Assembly (NCBI GenBank): GCA_964016885.1
Contig: OZ024746.1
Location: 88,350,001-88,414,000 of the forward strand
Reading direction: 5' to 3'
Length of the DNA stretch: 64,000 nt
Source: Eledone cirrhosa
Taxonomy: Eukaryota
Shown here: positions 57,480-64,000 of the stretch, piece by piece
Position numbering within the stretch: the first letter of the stretch is position 1
How the letters are laid out: each line of letters starts with the position of its first letter
The notes under the pieces: model-generated
What the model saw: only the letters and a program-made list of their open reading frames with translations
What the model was told of the DNA's origin: nothing
The model's database searches: none
Position numbers and translations under genes: made by a program

Positions 57480-58150
57480 TCTTTTGTAGAATCTGTTCGT
57501 AGCTTCCATGTACTCAAATATTTTGTTTATATTTGGTTGACCTGTAATCATATATTGAACCTCTAATCTTGGTAGTTTTTCAAAATTGGTTTCAACATGG
57601 CCTCTCTCTCTCAGCCTGATAATTTCTTTATTAGAACAAATAGTGCCAACGCGTTTCTGGAGAGTAACCACAAGAAAATTGAAGTGAATCTCGACAGCCT
57701 GTTCTTGATAGAATGTAGTTTCTAAGTTGTATGTAAACAACGAAACCAGCATTGTATTTTTTGTTATTCGCATTACTCAATGATCGATAAGTTTTGAATG
57801 TTGTCAAATCTGGTTGATAAAGTGGGTACTGAAATTTGTGAGCTTATCTCTGGAATCTTCCCCAAATGGTGCCCACCCTTGACAAATTATTTGTTTGCTA
57901 AATGATTTTACTTGCGAAAGCTTTTGGAAGTAGTATATATCTATTATTTCCCTTTGTGCACCTTCTTTTACTAGTTTGTCTGCTTTCCTATTTCCTCCAA
58001 TATCTGTAGGGTCCGGTATCCAAATCACTGTTATTTCTTTATTATTTCCAACCCGACACATTTTTCTTGACTGAAGCAGTTCTAGCTTCAATAGACTATA
58101 AGTAAATAGAAAACCATTTTTCCAACAAACTATTGACTGAAGTATCATTG
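57480..58150 (-). mobile_element. Decayed non-LTR fragment with RNase H C-terminus
   Basis: EITVIWIPDPTDIGGNRKADKLVKEGA resembles the W.P.H..I.GNE.AD.LAK motif of RNase H in I/Loa/Ingi-type LINEs. Confidence 0.6.
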
Positions 58151-59732
58151 GGTGTATTGAAATGTGTCACGTGTCAGCTCGAAAGTGAATGACACTTACA
58201 AAAGTCGATCATTATAAATTTTCAATCAAACAATTGTGTTTTGTACGACTAGAGTCGGGTGACGGAGAAAACTGCAGATTGATGTTTGCGAAGAATCGAA
58301 CCCTTATTGTTTAAACTAATCGATTTTCATTATGGTTATTTGCAAGGGGATGCACACATTTCAAATATCATATATATGACTATTATTGACTCTATTACTT
58401 AATATAAAATTCAGTGAATTATGTGTATCTTCAAATATCTCATCGTACAAGCTGTATAAGTGTAACGACAATAAGAATAATCATATCACGATTATTTCCA
58501 ACTCATTATTCCTTTTTACTACATTGGAAGATGAATTACCTAAGCAAAAATTATTCTGGAATATTTCTAAATTAAATCACACATTGGTGCATAATCTGAA
58601 ATTAATCTTTATGCAAAGCACTAGAATTATGATTTCATCTTAATAATTATTTCTACAGTTAAAATAATTCGTATTTTATTTCTAAACTAATGTTATTGAA
58701 CGTAAGTGAATGTGGACTATATTTACCCCGGTATTGATTCGTATTTAAGTTCATCGTCCCCGGAATAACACATAGAAACTCAGTTAACGAGGATTCGAAC
58801 TCAAAGCATAAAGAGCAAAAACAAATTCTGCAAGTCCTTTCATCCAACGCGTAAACAATTCTGTATTACTCAGACAATTTCTAGTAAATATAAAAATAGT
58901 TTTGTTTCTACAATAATTCGAGTGTTGCCTTCGTATACCTGGCAAATGAGAGCTGTATATACATCGCTAGAGTGCGAAATTTACCATATTATATCCTCAA
59001 TTTCTGAATATCATTATAATATCCTGTAATTCAATGGATATTTTCTGAGACATGTTAATTTCTATAACAAAACCTTTTCCTAAATATGTTTCAAAGACAA
59101 ATTGAATATCTTCCTAAGTTTGATGGCATTTTTTCGAGGAAGAATAGATTCACATTACGTGTGAAATATGACGAAGTGTTAATTTCAACCTGTGGAATAT
59201 AATTGAATTTAATCATGATCTTTGTCACCCTGCATTATGTGGAGATTGACAATGATATACTTGGCTATAGCAAAGTTACAATTTTTAGAGATATTGCTTC
59301 GATTATTTCTAGTTACGCAACATTATAATTTACCTAATCCAGTATTCAAGGAAACGTGGAAATTATTTTGTTATTTATAAATATAAAAGTGTGTTATTTG
59401 CGTTAACATAAATACTGATTTAATCTTTCCAGACATAAAGTGAAAGTAGAAATGAAAAATGAAATATGACTCTTTTGCAGACAATTGTCATTTAGATATT
59501 GACATGAGATGATTTTTTTATAATTAGATGTGTCTAATGTAAATCCTTTGTCATTCTTATGTTTCAAAAGTATTCACGCAACAATCTAACTGCTAATTAA
59601 ATTTCGTAAGACTCGCCGTAGTACATATCCTAGACTTGTCGCGAACAATAATTTGTATTCTTACTTTGCAAGGTGTGCCTTAGATGTTTACAAGGAAATA
59701 TTTTAAAAAAAATGTTTTCTGTTTCCTTACAA

Positions 59733-59803
<71 letters not shown>

Positions 59804-59924
59804 AATCATATGATTCCAGTTCCTCAGTGAAATAACAACCCAATCAGGAACTGGGCATATCAGAGTATTGACAAAGATATACACCTCAACAACATATGTA
59901 CTTGTTTATACCACACTAATTCCG

Positions 59925-59979
59925 ACTGCCCGAAGAAGTCACAGCAAAAGATGGCTGTCACCGAAATATATATAGCAGT
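59925..59979 (+). ncRNA. Hammerhead motif, same family as 33960 (core CCGAAGA)
   Basis: ACTGC-CCGAAGA-agtc ACAGC aaaagatg GCTGT cacc-GAAA-TATATA-TA-GCAGT, in an ORF-less unit 59801-60130 bounded by (TA)n. Confidence 0.75.
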
Positions 59980-60385
59980 AGCAGTAATAAACGAAGCTAA
60001 ATTTTAAACATTTGATTTATTTATTTTATTTTATTTTACATTACTCCGGAGTAACCAAACCAACCTGCGCACTTCGTCGAGTGCTCCAATCTGCATACTG
60101 ATTTGTTGGTATACAACCAACATATACTAATATATATATATATATATACATATATACGAAAATCAAATGCAAGTTTATCATAATAAATATTGTAGTGAGA
60201 CTGAAAGGCAATTTGATCTACTGAAGTTATGTCAAAATTATCTATGGAAATATTTAATCTACAATATATTTAAACAAAAAAAAATATATAAATAAAAACC
60301 GTTTCAAGAAGAACGAATCCCATGCATATACACACGACCACCCGTACACACAGACGCATACTTATGCATGCATATATATATATAT

Positions 60386-60540
60386 CTGATAGGGTGTGGA
60401 AAAAACCAGCTAGTCATACTCCACCTGAATACTCGTTACTTGCGTTAGTAGAGTGTGTAATATGAAATATTTAGGACCCCAACGGCGGTTTCGACAGCTA
60501 CATCCGAACAAAATTGCTCTTACGACAGAAGCAGACGTTA
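60386..60540 (-). mobile_element. PLE pseudo-LTR tail fragment
   Basis: aggaccccaacggcggtttcgacagctacatccgaac resembles 30509-30543 and 34875-34908; TA flanks. Confidence 0.5.
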
Positions 60541-61167
60541 ATGTTATATATGTATACATACTCTGCGAGTAACCTAGACTGCAACAATGTAGTTATAGGT
60601 AGGCGTGTAAACATGCCAGAAAACAATAATATCTCTGTATTTTGGCATCAGGTACGGACATTTATTTGATTGGCCAGCAACAGTAGACCTATGTATCACC
60701 CATACAAACACAAAAATCATGTATTTGAAGAGATTATAAACCCCTTCTCTCTTACTATAACTAGCAGAAAAACCACCCTTAGGGTGGTTTTCTGATGGCA
60801 TGTGTGGTGTGTATATTGTTATTATAAGCAGGTATATATATGTAGATATGATACATCAAATACAATCGTATTTGACAATATATAATACATAGAAACTGAA
60901 CGAAGACTGTGTTTCACTGATTTATGTAATCAGTAACGTAACCCATGATACATTTTAAAAAAAACGATATTATATATAAACTGCATTAGGAGAAAATTAG
61001 TGACAGCAACTTAATATGTTTATTTAAGCGATCCCCACCGGAAGTGTTGTCATTTCAGAAATGTTAAATAAATGTGTGTGTGTGTGTGTGTGTGTGTGTT
61101 TAATGAACAGCCACGAAATTTAGTAGATACATTATGTAATATTCATTCATTATTTATTCAAATTAAA

Positions 61168-61356
61168 GGCGGTGGATTGGCAGTATCGGTAGAGAGTCGG
61201 ACGCCATGCTTTCCAGCATAGTTACGTCCCTTTGCGGTCTGAGTTCAAATCCCGCCGAGGTTAACTTTGCCTTTCATCCTTACGGGGTCGATAAAATAAA
61301 GTACCAGTAATGTACTGAGTAATTGCTGGCCTTGTGCCAAAAGTAGAAACAATTAT
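61168..61356 (+). mobile_element. tRNA-derived SINE (S1), best-preserved copy
   Basis: A-box TGGCAGTATCGG, B-box GAGTTCAAATCCC, tail agaaacaattatt; 18-bp TSD ATTATTTATTCAAATTAA. Confidence 0.93.
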
Positions 61357-61861
61357 TTATTCAAATTAATCAAGCTTATGTTACTAATGGGATAAAAAAT
61401 GATAAACCGTACGCAGTCCCGCGCTCTCCCTTTATTATAATTTAGATGACACGGACGTACTGATTTGTATATATCTATCCACGGTATTGGTAATTAATTA
61501 AGTCACATATAGAAGTGTTCTAGCAGTTAAAGCTTACTACAAAATTATTTCTGTAAACGTACAGACCGGGTATCCGAGTCTGCACCAAAGTTTATACTCA
61601 TATTTATATGGGCGCATTTAAGCATACGTGGAACATACTAATTCACTTCTAATTTGAAAATATTAAAACCATTTAATTGATATTGGGACGTTATTGTGCC
61701 CTCGACAGAAAGCCTGTATATCAACCAAATAATCACAAGGAAATATGTATTTGATGGGCTTATATTCTCATTCGCTCTTAGTATATTTCTGAAATGTGCC
61801 TACTCGCGTGTATGTTTGTATGTGTGTAGTGTGTGTGTGTGTATGTATATTTGCATGTGTG

Positions 61862-62300
61862 TAGTTATGTCAGGTCGCTCTCCATGTTACGAGCTATACT
61901 GGTAACACGTAACCCAGTACAACATGTCTCATGGCCGGAGTGTCGGCGACTAAACCAGCAACCCCACCAAGCTAACTTGGTGAGGATGGTGACACTTGGA
62001 AACTGAGCGGGATGAAGCACTAGACCGGGCAAAGGGCGGAGGAACTCAACAAAGTCAACGGCTATCCAAATAGTATATTTTTTTCTTTCACCTGATAGTA
62101 AAAGGCCCCCAGTTGTTGTCACAACACCCTTCTAGGATAGGAAAACACTGAAAATAATCCTGCTGCTTCGGAACCATCCGATGATGTTGAGCAGTTCTCC
62201 CTATTGGGTAGTGTTTTCGATGCTCAAAGAGTGGGATTGGTCCAGTGCAAGGTCTTTCCCCACTTAAAAATCCTTCAAAGCACAGGCGTTGCTTGTTTAT
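61862..62300 (+). mobile_element. GC-richer ORF-less repeat, possibly an RTE-type 5'UTR
   Basis: Composition contrasts with flanks; several hairpins; resemblance to RTE 5'UTRs is from recall only. Confidence 0.35.
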
Positions 62301-64000
62301 TATATGTTATAAGTTGATGTTGCTGGCCGTAGTCTAAGAAAGCCCCGAACTCTAAAATCTGACAAGCGATAGCAATATTCTTAGCAGAGTTGGCAGCCAT
62401 CAGTGTGTTTGAGAGAGGGAGCAAGTGAGAAAGAGAGTCGTTGTGTATAGTTACAAATGGACATACTATTTCAAAACAATCAAAGTTTCTATTCTAGTGA
62501 AAAATTTGTGGAGCTATCTGACAGAAGTATACTGTAACATTTTCATTTTTCACTCACATGAAACAGATATTTATATATGTCGTGCATAATGTTGTGTTTT
62601 GAATTATTTTTTTTTCAAAGGAGAAATGTTTATCTACGCCCACCATTATATATGATTTCAAGTGGTTTGGAGGTACTTGAATTTCTTATTTCAGTATCAG
62701 GAATCCATTGAAAGGTAAAATGCTTTAGAAAAAACATTTATATAAATATCAACTATATATTTCTATATGAAAATAAAAAAAGAACATTTATCAATTTTTG
62801 TATTCTTCAAAATCAATTTATCAATTTTTGTATTCTTCCAAAGCATTTCGTCCTCTAGAGGGATATATACCACTTGATTTTGCTGAAGAAAATGGCTGTT
62901 AGGAAATTGAGGATAGCAGAGGTCTCAACAGCTACCAACATGAAAATGAAGCTCTTGTGCTTGATTTGTTCTTCTATTCTGTGACGTGTGGCTGCATACG
63001 TATATGTATACAGGTATATGTATGGATATGTTTGTGCTGAGATGATTTGTTAAAAATATAATCACGAAGACTTCATTTCGGTTTCAGATATTTCAATATA
63101 TATTCAATAATATGATTATATACATTAGTTTAAAGAACCAACATGTAGAAATACATATAAATACATTGAACATATGTCAACTATAACAAAAGAAAACTTT
63201 CATTAGTCCTTTGGTATATATCTATGTGTGAATGGTGTAGTGCTTCTACAAATCGGTTAATTCAATTGAGTATATAAAACTAGTATATATTATTTTCTCC
63301 TACCTGTGTATAGAAATGAGGTTGTACACCCATTGGTGCCAATTCACATTTTTTTAAAGTCGATATTTCTACTTTTTTTCAGTACAATATTTTCTGTGAA
63401 TATGGCTTGTAATCCATTTGCCCACTTTCCCTATATCAATAAAATAATATTTAGAATTCCACAGCAAATATTGCTTACATTAATATCTACTCTGCATAAG
63501 AAAACAACTCTCGTAAGACTGCTGAGAGAAGCATTATTTTATAACATCGTGACATATGTTAAGTAAGACGTAGTTTTATTTTAAGTATTCTGTAATTTTA
63601 TTAACGTATTTTCGTTTCATACGGCATCTGATTTAAATGTTCTCCATATCCCCCTAGTGGGTTTTGTCTTCTGGTGAGGCGGCTTATGCGTTCCGTAAAT
63701 CTGAGAGAACGTTGCCATCTCGAGCTTTGCTCATGGTTTGGCGACTCTATTGGGGGCTGTGTACTGCGGAGCTTCCTGACCATCGATGATCCACTGCGCA
63801 TCGGCTTGCAACCAAGATGGCAGCTCCATTATCCGACTATTCTGCAGAGGGCCAAGAACCCACCCGGTAAACCCTCTAGCTTTTAAGAATACCAACCAGA
63901 ATAAAACTCACTGACCCATATCCAGTAATATACGTTGTGTTCTAACAAACAATTAGTATTTTTTAATTATGTAACTTAATTATATCCAAACACAAATATC

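Noticed and set aside
61168-61260. tRNA gene
   Set aside because: A and B boxes are present but there is no cloverleaf; it is the head of a multi-copy SINE with TSDs.
62850-63015. Signal-peptide-like or transposase-tail-like short frames
   Set aside because: Interrupted by stops and too short to assign.
63610-63890. GC-richer block with short ORFs on both strands
   Set aside because: No recognisable motif; probably an unclassified repeat fragment.

Overview
AT-rich, microsatellite-dense eukaryotic (animal) DNA; the SINE and LINE content suggests a mollusc, probably an octopus (inference). I could not identify any host protein-coding gene or intact transposon ORF, and most long ORFs in the track are simple-repeat artefacts. 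The window is a retroelement graveyard sorted by microsatellite type. (1) At 10.7-26.5 kb, (TAA)n tracts hold a tandem pile-up of at least 4 families of R4/Dong-like RLE LINEs, interleaved tail-to-tail with a Tx1-like L1 element. (2) (TA)n tracts hold many Penelope-like element (PLE) remnants and one near-complete CR1/L2-group LINE whose ORF1 looks like Myb/SANT plus CCCH fingers. (3) Also present: a decayed RTE, CRE-like, RNase H and Gypsy-like fragments, and 7 copies of one tRNA-derived SINE. The most striking unannotated signal is about ten minimal type-I hammerhead-ribozyme-like motifs of several unrelated sequence families. Four of them lie in near-perfect fold-back palindromes (arms 60-175 bp) bounded by (TA)n, so a ribozyme motif faces outward on each strand. 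All calls are by eye; no search or folding program was run.
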